In this document: piece after piece, positions 8,761 to 18,674 of the stretch
Layout: every line of letters starts with the position of its first letter
Numbering within the stretch: position 1 is the stretch's first letter
NCBI RefSeq assembly: GCF_041573655.1
Contig: NZ_JBFFQD010000002.1
Location: 28,062 to 92,061 of the forward strand
From: Methyloceanibacter sp.
GTDB lineage: Bacteria; Pseudomonadota; Alphaproteobacteria; Rhizobiales; Methyloligellaceae
Direction of reading: 5' to 3'
DNA length: 64,000 nucleotides
The notes under the pieces: model-generated
The model's input: only the letters and a program-made list of their open reading frames with translations
Database searches by the model: none
What the model was told of the DNA's origin: nothing
Program-made: the position numbers and the translations under genes

Positions 8761-9939
8761 ATGCTCAAACGCGACCACCAGCTTGTTCTGCCGACCGAAG
8801 TCCGTACCCCGGGCTTCCGCGTCGAATTGCGTGGTACGACCTTCCGGCTCGTAGCCACGGGCGCTTGGACGGTGGCCGAAGCCGCCGATCTCGACAAGGC
8901 GTTGAAGCGTTTGCGGGTCCCGATCCCGCCGACGCCTGATTTCACCGGCGAGATGGATATCGCTGGCATCGCCGAGATCGACACCGCCGGCGCGCTTCTA
9001 CTCCAGCGCACGGCGAGTGCTTGGGAAAAAGGTGGCTTGCGCACGCGCTATGCCGGCGCGACCGAAGACTTCCGCGTGCTCATCCAAGAGGTCCATCGCC
9101 GCGGGCAGGCTGAGCGGCCGGAGGTCTATACCCAAGGCGCGATCCAGGACTTCGTCGACAGCGTTAAGAACGCCCTGACCGGCGCGTGGCGCGACGTGGT
9201 CGACCTCACCGCTTTTCTCGGTGAAGTCACCGCCGGCTTCTTGCGCTTGTTCAAGCAACCTTGGCGCTTTCGCACCACGTCCTTCTTCCACCATCTGGAC
9301 TATGCGGGCTTGCGCGCGTTGCCGATCATCTCGCTGATCTGTTTTCTGATCGGCGCCGTGGTCATGCAGCAAGGCGTGGTGCAGCTCAAGCCGTTCGGCG
9401 CCGAACCCTTCGCCGTCAACATGGTCGCCATCCTCGCACTGCGCGAGGTGGGCATCTTGCTGACCGCCATCATGGTCGCCGGCCGGTCCGGGTCCGCCTT
9501 CACCGCCGAAATCGGGTCCATGAAGATGCGCGAGGAAATCGACGCCATGCGCACGCTGGGGATCGATCCCATGGACACGCTGGTGCTGCCGCGCGTGTTG
9601 GCGCTCGTCGTAGCTTTGCCGCTGCTCACCTTTCTCGGTGACATCATGGCGCTTGCCGGCGGCGGCGTGATGGCCTTTGCTGTACTGGGACTCGACCTCT
9701 CGTCCTATATCGACAAGCTCCACGAGGCCGTCGACTTTCAGCACTTCATGGCGGGCATGATCAAGGCGCCCTTTGCTGCCGTGATCATAGGCCTTGTCGG
9801 CTGTCTGGAAGGCTTGCGTGTTCAGGGCAGCGCGGAGTCCCTCGGGACGCACGTGACGTCGGCGGTCGTGAAGGCCATCTTCCTGGTGATCATCGTGGAT
9901 GCTGTCTTTGCCATGTTCTTGTCGGGGATCGGGGTGTGA
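8761..9939 (+). CDS. MlaE-family ABC permease with N-terminal STAS (MlaB-like) domain
   Basis: N-terminal roughly 110 aa is a STAS-like module (DIAGIAEIDTAGALLL). The C-terminal MlaE-type permease segments include REVGILLTAIMVAGRSGSAFTAEIGSMK. Confidence 0.8.
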   Translation: MLKRDHQLVLPTEVRTPGFRVELRGTTFRLVATGAWTVAEAADLDKALKRLRVPIPPTPDFTGEMDIAGIAEIDTAGALLLQRTASAWEKGGLRTRYAGATEDFRVLIQEVHRRGQAERPEVYTQGAIQDFVDSVKNALTGAWRDVVDLTAFLGEVTAGFLRLFKQPWRFRTTSFFHHLDYAGLRALPIISLICFLIGAVVMQQGVVQLKPFGAEPFAVNMVAILALREVGILLTAIMVAGRSGSAFTAEIGSMKMREEIDAMRTLGIDPMDTLVLPRVLALVVALPLLTFLGDIMALAGGGVMAFAVLGLDLSSYIDKLHEAVDFQHFMAGMIKAPFAAVIIGLVGCLEGLRVQGSAESLGTHVTSAVVKAIFLVIIVDAVFAMFLSGIGV

Positions 9940-10736
9940 GCGTCGAAGACGAACGAGAGGTGGTCATTCGGGTGCGCGAGCTCGCCAAGAGCTTCGGCAG
10001 TCATCAGATATGGGAAGCGCTCAGCCTCGATGTGTATCGCGGCGAGATCCTCGCCATTGTCGGTGGCTCCGGGCAGGGCAAGTCGGTGTTGATGCGCGTC
10101 ATCACGGGGTTGGTGGCGCCGGACAAGGGTATCGTCGCGTTGTTCGGCCAGAACGCGGACACGCTAACGCCGCAAGCGCGCCTCGATATCGAGAAGCGCT
10201 GGGGCATCCTGTTTCAGGACGGCGCGCTGTTCTCCTCGCTTACGGTGCTGCAAAACATCCAAGTCCCCATGCGCGAGCATCTCGACCTGCCGCAGGCGAT
10301 GATGGACGATCTTGCCTTCTTGAAGCTGACCATGGTCGGCTTGCCACCCGAGGCCGCGCACAAATTTCCGTCCGAACTTTCGGGCGGCATGCGGAAACGC
10401 GCAGGGTTGGCCCGCGCGCTTGCACTCGACCCGGAAATCGTCTTTCTGGACGAGCCGACCGCCGGACTCGACCCGATCGGCGCGACGGACTTCGATCACC
10501 TGATTCGCAAGTTACAACAGACACTTGGGCTCACCGTCTATATGGTGACCCACGATCTTGATACCATCTTCACGGTGTGCGACAGGGTAGCCGTATTGGC
10601 CGATAAGAAGATCGTTCGGACTGGATCGCCCAGCGAGCTGCAGAGCCAGCCCGACCACCCGTGGATCGAAGAGTATTTCTGCGGTGAGCGGGCCCGCGCT
10701 GCGAGCCCCGCCGAACAACGGCGATTGATTGGCTAG
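9936..10736 (+). CDS. ABC transporter ATP-binding protein, MlaF-like
   Basis: The GTG start overlaps the upstream stop (GTGA). Walker A is GGSGQGKS, the signature is LSGGMRKR and Walker B is IVFLDEPTAGLD. Confidence 0.85.
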   Translation: MSVEDEREVVIRVRELAKSFGSHQIWEALSLDVYRGEILAIVGGSGQGKSVLMRVITGLVAPDKGIVALFGQNADTLTPQARLDIEKRWGILFQDGALFSSLTVLQNIQVPMREHLDLPQAMMDDLAFLKLTMVGLPPEAAHKFPSELSGGMRKRAGLARALALDPEIVFLDEPTAGLDPIGATDFDHLIRKLQQTLGLTVYMVTHDLDTIFTVCDRVAVLADKKIVRTGSPSELQSQPDHPWIEEYFCGERARAASPAEQRRLIG

Positions 10737-10746
10737 CGGGAGTCCG

Positions 10747-11604
10747 ATGGAAACCAAGGCCAACTACTTGATGATCGGCGGCTTCGTGCTGGGCGTGCTC
10801 GCCTTTGTGTTCATCTTCGTGTTCTGGATCAGCAACTTTGCCGGTGGCGGCCGGGAATATCACATCGTGTTTCAAAGCTCGGTGGCCGGACTGACCTCCG
10901 GTTCGGGCGTCCGCTTCAACGGCGTTAAGGTCGGTGAGGTGCAGTCGTTCTCGCTCGATCCGAACGACGGGCGCAAGGTTCGCGTGCTCATCAGCGTGCA
11001 GGAAGGCATACCGATCCGGAAAGACTCTCAAGCCAGCCTGCAATCGCTCGGCCTCACCGGGGGCACGGGCGTTCAGATCACGCCTGGCCGGCCGGACTCA
11101 CCGCTTCTCGTTCCCACCGATGATGACCCCATCCCCACGATCAAGGCGGCGCGGGGCTCGGGGCCGGGGCTGTTCGATGCCGCGCCCGCGGCTCTCAACA
11201 GCGCCAATGCTCTGATCCAACGCCTGGACGATCTCGTCGCCGCCAATGAGAGAGCCGTGTCCGACACGCTGACCAATGTCGATGAGTTCACGACGATGCT
11301 GAAGGGCAAGGACGAGGAGATCAGTCAGACGATCACCGATTTGAGCGAGGGGGCCAAGGCCTTCAGCGAATTGGGCAGCAAGATCGACGACAATGTCGAC
11401 GGGCTATCCCTGGAGGCGAAGAAGGGCTTGCAGGAATTCAGCGCGGCCATGCGTGAAGCCCGCCGCGCGGCGGTCTCGCTCAACCGGATTCTTCAGAAGT
11501 TCGAAGCCAGTCCGACCGGCTTCTTGCTTCGCGGCGGGGGGTCGGACTCATCGTCTTCCTCGTCCTCTCCCACGCCGAGGGGATTCGGCGGAGGTCGGCG
11601 CTAA
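10747..11604 (+). CDS. MlaD/MCE-domain protein
   Basis: N-terminal TM helix, then MCE motif VAGLTSGSGVRFNGVKVGEV. The C-terminal tail is Ser-rich and Gly/Arg-rich. Confidence 0.8.
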   Translation: METKANYLMIGGFVLGVLAFVFIFVFWISNFAGGGREYHIVFQSSVAGLTSGSGVRFNGVKVGEVQSFSLDPNDGRKVRVLISVQEGIPIRKDSQASLQSLGLTGGTGVQITPGRPDSPLLVPTDDDPIPTIKAARGSGPGLFDAAPAALNSANALIQRLDDLVAANERAVSDTLTNVDEFTTMLKGKDEEISQTITDLSEGAKAFSELGSKIDDNVDGLSLEAKKGLQEFSAAMREARRAAVSLNRILQKFEASPTGFLLRGGGSDSSSSSSSPTPRGFGGGRR

Positions 11605-11652
11605 GCCAAACGCCGCTCGAACCGCTTGTGGCACGTCGTAGGAACGACTCCC

Positions 11653-11693
11653 AAAAACGAAAAGGCCCCTCGCTCTCGTTGAGAGGAGGGGCC
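11653..11693 (-). terminator. Rho-independent terminator downstream of the large repeat protein gene (possibly bidirectional with the mla operon)
   Basis: Hairpin GGCCCCTC..GAGGGGCC with an inner CTCTC/GAGAG extension (11664-11693). An A-rich tract on + (11653-11663) gives a U-rich tract on -. Confidence 0.55.
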
Positions 11694-11719
11694 CAGTCTC
11701 TGGGGGAACCTGGCGGCTC

Positions 11720-14700
11720 TTACCGCAGGCGTCCGCTTGCATGGGCAAGCAGAAGATAGACGCGTCCGGTCTCGGACGTCAGGTAGTTCTGCAGCTTGTG
11801 ACCTGCCGGATCGGACTGTTCGGCCTCCGCGAGCAGACGCTCGAAGTCGGCGATGTAACGGTCGACCGTGTTGCGGAACTCGCCGTCGCGGTCATAGCGG
11901 CCCGAGATCTCCTCGAAGGTCGCCTGACCCTCATAGGTGTAGATATGCCGACCCAGCACGCCGCGCTCGCCGGCGCGCATGCGGTACCAGACATCCGCCG
12001 CAGTGCGATTGTCGATCGCCCGCGACAGTTCCTCGATGCGCAACTGTCCGGCGCCCGTCGACGCACCGCGTCCGGCGGCATAACCGCCTTGGCCGCCGAA
12101 GCTCTGGTCCTGAGGCGGCCAGCTGCCACCACGGCCCGAAGCGTTCGAAAGCTGCTGCGCCAAGCCACCGGCGCTCTGGTCGAAGTCGGTGGGCTCGTAA
12201 CCGGCCTGCACCTGTTGGCCGCGCGCATCGAAGCGTGGCAGGGGCGGCTCTTCCGCCACGGGCGGGAAGGGCGCCTGAGACCCCGGTCCCATGCCCGATG
12301 GCTGAGCGCTCGCTTGGGGCAGGGAGGGGCTGAGCGCCTCGATCTCGCGGAACTGGTCGTTCAGCGCCTTGCGGATTGCCGCGGTCGCCTGAGCGGTTTG
12401 CTCGGGCAAGGTGTCCATGCGTGTCTGCATCTCTTGGCGCAAGCCATCCAGGTCGGACACGGTTTGCCGCGCCGTCTCGCGCATGCCACGCGAGGTGTTG
12501 TCGAACTGACCACGCATCTGCTCAAGCTGCTTGCCGATCTGGGTGATGACCGTCTCGAAGCTGCCCTTGAGTTCGTTGACGGCGCGGGCCGTGTGGGCCT
12601 GCGCCTCCTCGCGGAGTTTCTCGATCTGCGAAAGCGCCTGCTGGGCCTGTCCGGCCGTGTCGCGGCCGAGAGCAGTCGTGACCTGTTTGGCGCGCGCTTC
12701 GGCCTCTGACAGGGCGCCGTCGACGATGCCCGAGTAGTTGTGCATCATGCCATCGAGTTCCTGCGCCTTGGTGTTGACCGTGTTGAGCAGGGCGATGATG
12801 GCCTGATGGCGGCCCTCCAAGATGGAGTCGATCTTGGCGTTCGAAGAGTCCAGCGCCTTGGACGCGGTGAGGATCGCCTCGCCTTGGCTTTCGAAGCGCT
12901 CGGTGAGCCCGTGGATCTGCTCCAGGAGCCCACGCGACACCTCGCGCAGATTGCCGGTCTGGTTGGTGAGGATGTCCACGGCTTCCTTGGACTGAACGCC
13001 CACCTGCTCGGCCGTTTGCTGCATCACCTGCGAGTTGGCGGCGAGGACCTCGTTGAGCTGCGCGGTCTGCTGGCCGAAGGTCTCGCCAACCATGCGCGTG
13101 TGCTCGCCGAGCATCTTGTCGGTCTCGGCCGTGCGTTGGCCGAAGGCCGTATCGATGGCATTCAAGCGCTCGGCGAGGGCCGTGATCACCAGTTGCGCAC
13201 GCTCGCCCATCGTCTTGTCGAGCGAGTCGGTCTGCTGGGTGATGGCTACCTCGAGCCCTTGCGCCTTCTCAAGCAGCGACTTGGTGAAGGCGTCGGCCCG
13301 CTCGGCCATGGTCTTGTCGAGTGCAATGGCGCCTTGATTTACGGCCGAGGTGAACTGGGCCGAGCGATCCGCCAGAGTTTTGTCGACGGCGCCTGTCCGC
13401 TCCTCAATCGTCGCGGCCAGCGCGTCAGTGCGGGCTGTCAGCGTGTTCTCGAGCGCCACCGCGCCTTCGGCCACCATAGTGGTTAAGGCCGTGGTGCGGT
13501 TTTCCAAGGTCTTGTCGAGGGTGACGGCGCTTTCGGCGACGACGTTGGTGAGCGCGTCGGTCTTGTCCGTCATCGTCTTCTCAAGCGCCACCGCGCTTTC
13601 GGCCACGACATTGGTCAAGGCCGCCGTGCGGTCTTCCAAGGTCTTGTCGAGGGTGACGGCGCTTTCGGCGACGACGTTGGTGAGCGCGTCGGTCTTGTCC
13701 GCCATCGTCTTCTCGATCGCCACCGTGCCCTCGGCCACGAGACCGGTGAACGCGTTGGTGCGGTTCTTCAGCGCGTCGTCGAGCACCTGCGTGCTCTTGC
13801 CGATCTCGGCCATGAACGTCTCGGCGCGCTCCTTGAGCGTCTTGTCGAGGACGATGGCGCCCTGTGCGACCGACGTCTCAAGTCCCTTGATGCGCTCCGC
13901 AAGCGAGCTCTGCAGGGCTTCCGTCCGCTCCTTCATGGTCTCGTCGAGAGCCGTGGTGCGCTGTGCAACAACGGTCTCCAGAGAGGTCAGGTTCTGGGTC
14001 GCGCCTTCGATCACCTTCGTCAGGCGCCCCTGTTCCTTGCTAAGGCGCTCCAGCAGGCCCGGCACTTGCTCGGACACCTTAGCTTGCGCCTTGTGGACTT
14101 GATCGGCGGCTTCGTTGGAGCGGGACACGAGGAGCTCGGTGAGCTGTGTGCCGCGCTCGGCCAGCTTCTGGTCGATCGCACCGCTCGCGTTGGAGATATC
14201 GCGCGCCACCTGGGCGCCCACGCCCTTCAGGGCCTCGCTTACGCGCTGGCTGTTATTGGTGAGGGCCTCGCGCTCGGTGGCGAGTTCGTTGATCAGGCCC
14301 CTGACGCGAAGCTCGTTCTCGCCGTAGGAGCGTTCGAGCGCCGCGACCTCGCTATGCACCATGGCTTCGAGCTCGCTGGCCCGGCCAATGGCGCGCGAAA
14401 TAGCGTCGTTCATCGCCGCGACTTGGCGGCGGATGGTCTGACCCACAGAGGCCACGGACTGCTCGGCCAGCCGGTCCGGCTCGGCGAGCCTGACGGCGAC
14501 CTCGGTCATGGCCGAGGCCATGAGGCGCAGCTCCTGGGCCCGCCATACGAGGAGGGCGAGGAACCAGAAGATGATGATGGGAACCAGAATGGCGGCCGTG
14601 GCGGCGAGGGCCGGCGCACTCAGGAAGCCGCCGCTGGCGGCTGCGTTGGAGATCACGCCATAGGCGAAAATGCCGCCAATGACGACCCAGACGACCGAGG

Positions 14701-15172
14701 CGACCAGCGCAAACAGGAACGGCGTGTGGGCCGGCCGCTGTTGAAGGGCGAAGATCAGGCCGCCGATCGACGGCACGTCGTCATTGGCCGGCGTGGCCAA
14801 GCGGCGCTGCGGCGGCGGTCCGGCGGGGCGTCGCGACCGAGACAGATGCTTGGGAGAGGGCGCGCCTGCGGCCTCGGGGGCGTCGGCAGGCTTGGCCTCT
14901 TCCTGAGGCGCGCTGAGATTGGCCGGTGTGGGCTCTTCGCGCCGCGGCTCCTCGCGGCGGGGCTCTTCGCGCTTGGGCTCCACGCGCTTGCGCTGTTCGG
15001 CCTGGAGCCGGTCGGCGAGGGTCGATCGCCGCGGTAGGGTCGACATGCGCTCAAGGTCGTCGGATTTGCCCTTGGTCTTGCCCTGCATCATCGCTTCCAG
15101 GGGGCCTTTGACCTCTTCCTTGTCGTCGGAGGTCTCTTTCCCTGGGGCCGATTTCGCTTGTTTCTGCGCCAT
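11720..15172 (-). CDS. Large membrane-anchored coiled-coil protein with 22-residue apolipoprotein-like repeats (GPR/RgsE-like polar-growth scaffold candidate)
   Basis: 1150-aa ORF; the ATG is preceded by GAGGAA. It has a basic/Pro-rich N-terminus and two hydrophobic helices (FLFALVASVVWVVIGGIFAYGVI, AILVPIIIFWFLALLVW). A long run of 22-aa repeats follows (LDKTLEDRTAALTNVVAESAVA and variants), then a Q/P-rich linker and a globular C-terminal domain. Confidence 0.6.
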   Translation of the reverse strand: MAQKQAKSAPGKETSDDKEEVKGPLEAMMQGKTKGKSDDLERMSTLPRRSTLADRLQAEQRKRVEPKREEPRREEPRREEPTPANLSAPQEEAKPADAPEAAGAPSPKHLSRSRRPAGPPPQRRLATPANDDVPSIGGLIFALQQRPAHTPFLFALVASVVWVVIGGIFAYGVISNAAASGGFLSAPALAATAAILVPIIIFWFLALLVWRAQELRLMASAMTEVAVRLAEPDRLAEQSVASVGQTIRRQVAAMNDAISRAIGRASELEAMVHSEVAALERSYGENELRVRGLINELATEREALTNNSQRVSEALKGVGAQVARDISNASGAIDQKLAERGTQLTELLVSRSNEAADQVHKAQAKVSEQVPGLLERLSKEQGRLTKVIEGATQNLTSLETVVAQRTTALDETMKERTEALQSSLAERIKGLETSVAQGAIVLDKTLKERAETFMAEIGKSTQVLDDALKNRTNAFTGLVAEGTVAIEKTMADKTDALTNVVAESAVTLDKTLEDRTAALTNVVAESAVALEKTMTDKTDALTNVVAESAVTLDKTLENRTTALTTMVAEGAVALENTLTARTDALAATIEERTGAVDKTLADRSAQFTSAVNQGAIALDKTMAERADAFTKSLLEKAQGLEVAITQQTDSLDKTMGERAQLVITALAERLNAIDTAFGQRTAETDKMLGEHTRMVGETFGQQTAQLNEVLAANSQVMQQTAEQVGVQSKEAVDILTNQTGNLREVSRGLLEQIHGLTERFESQGEAILTASKALDSSNAKIDSILEGRHQAIIALLNTVNTKAQELDGMMHNYSGIVDGALSEAEARAKQVTTALGRDTAGQAQQALSQIEKLREEAQAHTARAVNELKGSFETVITQIGKQLEQMRGQFDNTSRGMRETARQTVSDLDGLRQEMQTRMDTLPEQTAQATAAIRKALNDQFREIEALSPSLPQASAQPSGMGPGSQAPFPPVAEEPPLPRFDARGQQVQAGYEPTDFDQSAGGLAQQLSNASGRGGSWPPQDQSFGGQGGYAAGRGASTGAGQLRIEELSRAIDNRTAADVWYRMRAGERGVLGRHIYTYEGQATFEEISGRYDRDGEFRNTVDRYIADFERLLAEAEQSDPAGHKLQNYLTSETGRVYLLLAHASGRLR
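13105..13965. repeat. In-frame 66-bp (22-codon) tandem repeat array inside the large coiled-coil gene (approximate limits)
   Basis: Recurrent CTTGTCGAG / CTTCTCAAG / CTTCTCGAT units occur about every 66 bp. Segment 13502-13569 is identical to 13634-13701 (68 bp, offset 132 bp). Confidence 0.8.
14931..14990. repeat. Four imperfect 15-bp tandem repeats (encode KREEP/RREEP pentapeptides on the - strand)
   Basis: The four units are ggctcttcgcgccgc, ggctcctcgcggcgg, ggctcttcgcgcttg, ggctccacgcgcttg. Confidence 0.8.
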
Positions 15173-15332
15173 TACGCGTTCCTCGCACCACTAAATAGAA
15201 CTGGGAAAACAGTGCGCCCTAGAACTCAAAACCCGCAACAGCGGCGCATCGCATCTCGTGGGACCCCGCATCATCTTCCGAGGAAGTCTAACCGGAAGAG
15301 CCCCCAACGCTTTTTCCCCTCGCCCAACATCG

Positions 15333-15391
15333 TTAACGTTTTTCTAGGCTTAAAAAAAGCTGAATCGCCTGCTTGGGTTAACGCCGGTTAA
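15333..15391. promoter_or_regulatory. Cluster of four TTAA(C) motifs, including direct repeat GGTTAAC-N3-GGTTAAC, in a divergent promoter region
   Basis: TTAA occurs at 15333, 15350, 15378 and 15388 within 60 bp of otherwise GC-rich DNA. This resembles CtrA half-sites, but the spacing is N6 rather than the canonical N7. Confidence 0.3.
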
Positions 15392-15564
15392 CTCCCTAGG
15401 ATTGAACCCCAATTTTGCTGCGAGGCAAAGGCGAATCGGCTAAGTGGAGCCTGGGACCGTTGCCAGGTGCGAGGGTTTCGTCACTTTGCGCAGGGCCGGC
15501 CGAAAATAGAGCCGTTTCAAGGGTTCTTGAGGCAGCGGGTTTGGGGCGGCATCGAGCGAGGCGC

Positions 15565-15960
15565 ATGGCCAGCAAGACGGCAGCAGAAGTCCAAGCTTCG
15601 ACCCCTGCCAACGAACAGGGCCCCTCGGGCAATCCCGTGGATTTTGAGCACTTGGCGCGCTACACGCTCGGCGAGCCGGAGCTTGAGCGGGAGGTTCTGG
15701 GGCTGTTCTGCAGCCAGTCCGTTCTCCTTCTGGATCAGCTCCGCGCGGCCAAGTCCGATGAGGACTGGAAGCAGGCCGCCCATTCCCTCAAAGGTTCCGC
15801 CCGCGCGATTGGCGCCTGGCGCATGGCGCAAGCCGCAGAACAGGCCGAAGCCCTTCAAGGCGATGGTCTGAGCGAGCTCCGCAGCGCGCGGGTCGATGAG
15901 GTCGAAGCCTCGCTGCGTGAGGCCGAGGCCTATATCGCCACGGTGCTTGAGAGCCGCTGA
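15565..15960 (+). CDS. Single-domain histidine phosphotransfer (Hpt) protein
   Basis: Internal ATG at 15565. It has the Hpt signature AAHSLKGSARAIGA with the phosphorylatable His. Confidence 0.75.
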   Translation: MASKTAAEVQASTPANEQGPSGNPVDFEHLARYTLGEPELEREVLGLFCSQSVLLLDQLRAAKSDEDWKQAAHSLKGSARAIGAWRMAQAAEQAEALQGDGLSELRSARVDEVEASLREAEAYIATVLESR

Positions 15961-16136
15961 CCGGCATCTTTCGCCACAAGGGGCCGCAAGGCTCTGGTGT
16001 CTCAAATTCAATTGCCTTATAGAGCACGGGCTGCGGGCGGGCATGCCCCAACCGCGCCAACCCTTCGGGCGCGGTCACCCCGCAAGACGCCCGGCTCCCG
16101 AGATAAGGATTTTGCGCGTTAGAGCCCGCCAACGTC

Positions 16137-16457
16137 ATGGCCAGGATCACATACATTCAACCCGACGGAACCGAGAACGTTGTCGATGCCGATCCCGGCA
16201 TGACCGTGATGGAGGCCGCGGTGAAGAACTCGGTCAGAGGCATTGCGGCGGAATGCGGCGGTGCCTGCGCCTGCGCGACGTGCCATGTCTACGTAGAGGA
16301 CGCGTGGCGCGAGCCGACAGGCCAGCCGGAGCAGATGGAAGAGGACATGCTCGACTTTGCTTTCGATATTCGCCCGGAGAGCCGCCTGTCTTGCCAGATC
16401 AAAGTGACCGAGGAGCTCGATGGGCTCAGGGTCCGAATTCCCGAAAAACAGTTCTGA
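16137..16457 (+). CDS. 2Fe-2S ferredoxin, adrenodoxin/putidaredoxin type
   Basis: 106 aa. The Cys pattern is [12 protein letters not shown] plus a distal C (LSCQI). Confidence 0.85.
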   Translation: MARITYIQPDGTENVVDADPGMTVMEAAVKNSVRGIAAECGGACACATCHVYVEDAWREPTGQPEQMEEDMLDFAFDIRPESRLSCQIKVTEELDGLRVRIPEKQF

Positions 16458-17492
<1,035 letters not shown>

Positions 17493-17515
17493 GCTGGCCC
17501 TTAGGCCTAATTAGC

Positions 17516-18502
17516 TCAGGCCAACGTGCGGTAGATCGCGACGTCGTAGGGGCTGAACAGCCTGATCTTGAGGCGCTCGTTCGCCGGAATTTCCACACGC
17601 GCAAACACGCCGCTCTCATCCACAAGGTCGGTCGCGATCGGGTCGACGAGGACGAGGTAGAGACGCCGCGGCTTGTCGCGGTACGACACGACGATGTTGT
17701 TCAAGACCTCGGCGAAGGCTTCGCGCGAAAACGGATTGAAAAAGTAGTGGATCGCTTCGCCCTCGGGCGGGCCGACCTCGGTCGCATCGCCAAGCACGCA
17801 CTCCACGTTACGGCAGCGCATATGGGAGCGCGGGTATTGCGCGATGTTCATTGCGGCGTCGTCGTGCAGTTCCTCGGCGAACTCGATGCCGCCGACGGCC
17901 GCAAACGGGTGCTCGGCTGCGAGTAACAGCACGCGTCCCTTGCCGGCGCCGTGATCGACGAAGGTAAGCTTCGAGAAATCGTAGTCGATGCCTGCAAGGG
18001 TCCATTGGAACAATTGACACGGTGTCGGGCGGTAGTCGTGTCCGCGCTCGGGATGACGGCTGCGGATCGTGAGCCCCGACAGCGCTACCGGATCTTTGGT
18101 CGAGGAGAAGAACAACTGCTCCTTCGGCGGATCGAAAACCCGTGCGTTCAGCCAGTGCAAAAACGCTTTGTAGTCTTGCTTGATCCGCTCGGGACGCGCG
18201 TGCTCCTTAATCTTCGCGCCGGTCCGTTCGATCTCGGGCAGCACGCTCCCTCGTCCATACTCGGCCGCGCGAGCCAAGCCGTCTTTGGTGGCCTGCTTCG
18301 TCTGACTGGAGGTCTTGTCGGCGAGTTGGGCAAGGCGCCCGGCAAGGCGGTTGCGCAGTGCGCCGCGGCCCAAGGCGGCGGCATTCGTATTTGAGTCCTT
18401 GGTCCTCGACATGGCGCCTACAGCCGCCGTCTTGGTATGGCCGCCCGACGAAGTACCACCTTGCGGCGCAGTCCGGCCTGGACCGCGGGGGGCGACCGTC
18501 AT
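17516..18502 (-). CDS. Class I SAM-dependent methyltransferase-like protein
   Basis: SAM motif I is FVDHGAGKGRVLLLAA, followed by an acidic loop GGIEFAEEL. The long ORF (to 18811) overlaps the divergent sigma gene, so I chose the internal ATG at 18502; 18412 is also possible. Confidence 0.6.
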   Translation of the reverse strand: MTVAPRGPGRTAPQGGTSSGGHTKTAAVGAMSRTKDSNTNAAALGRGALRNRLAGRLAQLADKTSSQTKQATKDGLARAAEYGRGSVLPEIERTGAKIKEHARPERIKQDYKAFLHWLNARVFDPPKEQLFFSSTKDPVALSGLTIRSRHPERGHDYRPTPCQLFQWTLAGIDYDFSKLTFVDHGAGKGRVLLLAAEHPFAAVGGIEFAEELHDDAAMNIAQYPRSHMRCRNVECVLGDATEVGPPEGEAIHYFFNPFSREAFAEVLNNIVVSYRDKPRRLYLVLVDPIATDLVDESGVFARVEIPANERLKIRLFSPYDVAIYRTLA

Positions 18503-18674
18503 GGGAGTTCCCCGTTCATGCGTAAGGATTGTGCACGATGCCTCGTGAAGCAAGCGCTTTTTAGGCAAAGGCCGGCTCCGCAACGCAAACGCGTCTGCCG
18601 AATGTGCTATCCTCTTGATTCGCGAGGGGGACCCGCGACGGCCGGCACAAACCCCAAGCGGCGGGGAGCGAGGC

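Noticed and set aside
13105-13965. Regular 66-bp periodic repeats as a possible CRISPR or satellite array
   Set aside because: The repeats are in frame within a continuous 1150-codon ORF and encode 22-residue amphipathic units. There is no repeat-spacer alternation and no cas genes.
15378-15391. Canonical CtrA box
   Set aside because: The two TTAA elements are separated by 6 nt rather than 7 (TTAACGCCGGTTAA). I report it only as a TTAAC cluster or direct repeat of uncertain regulator.
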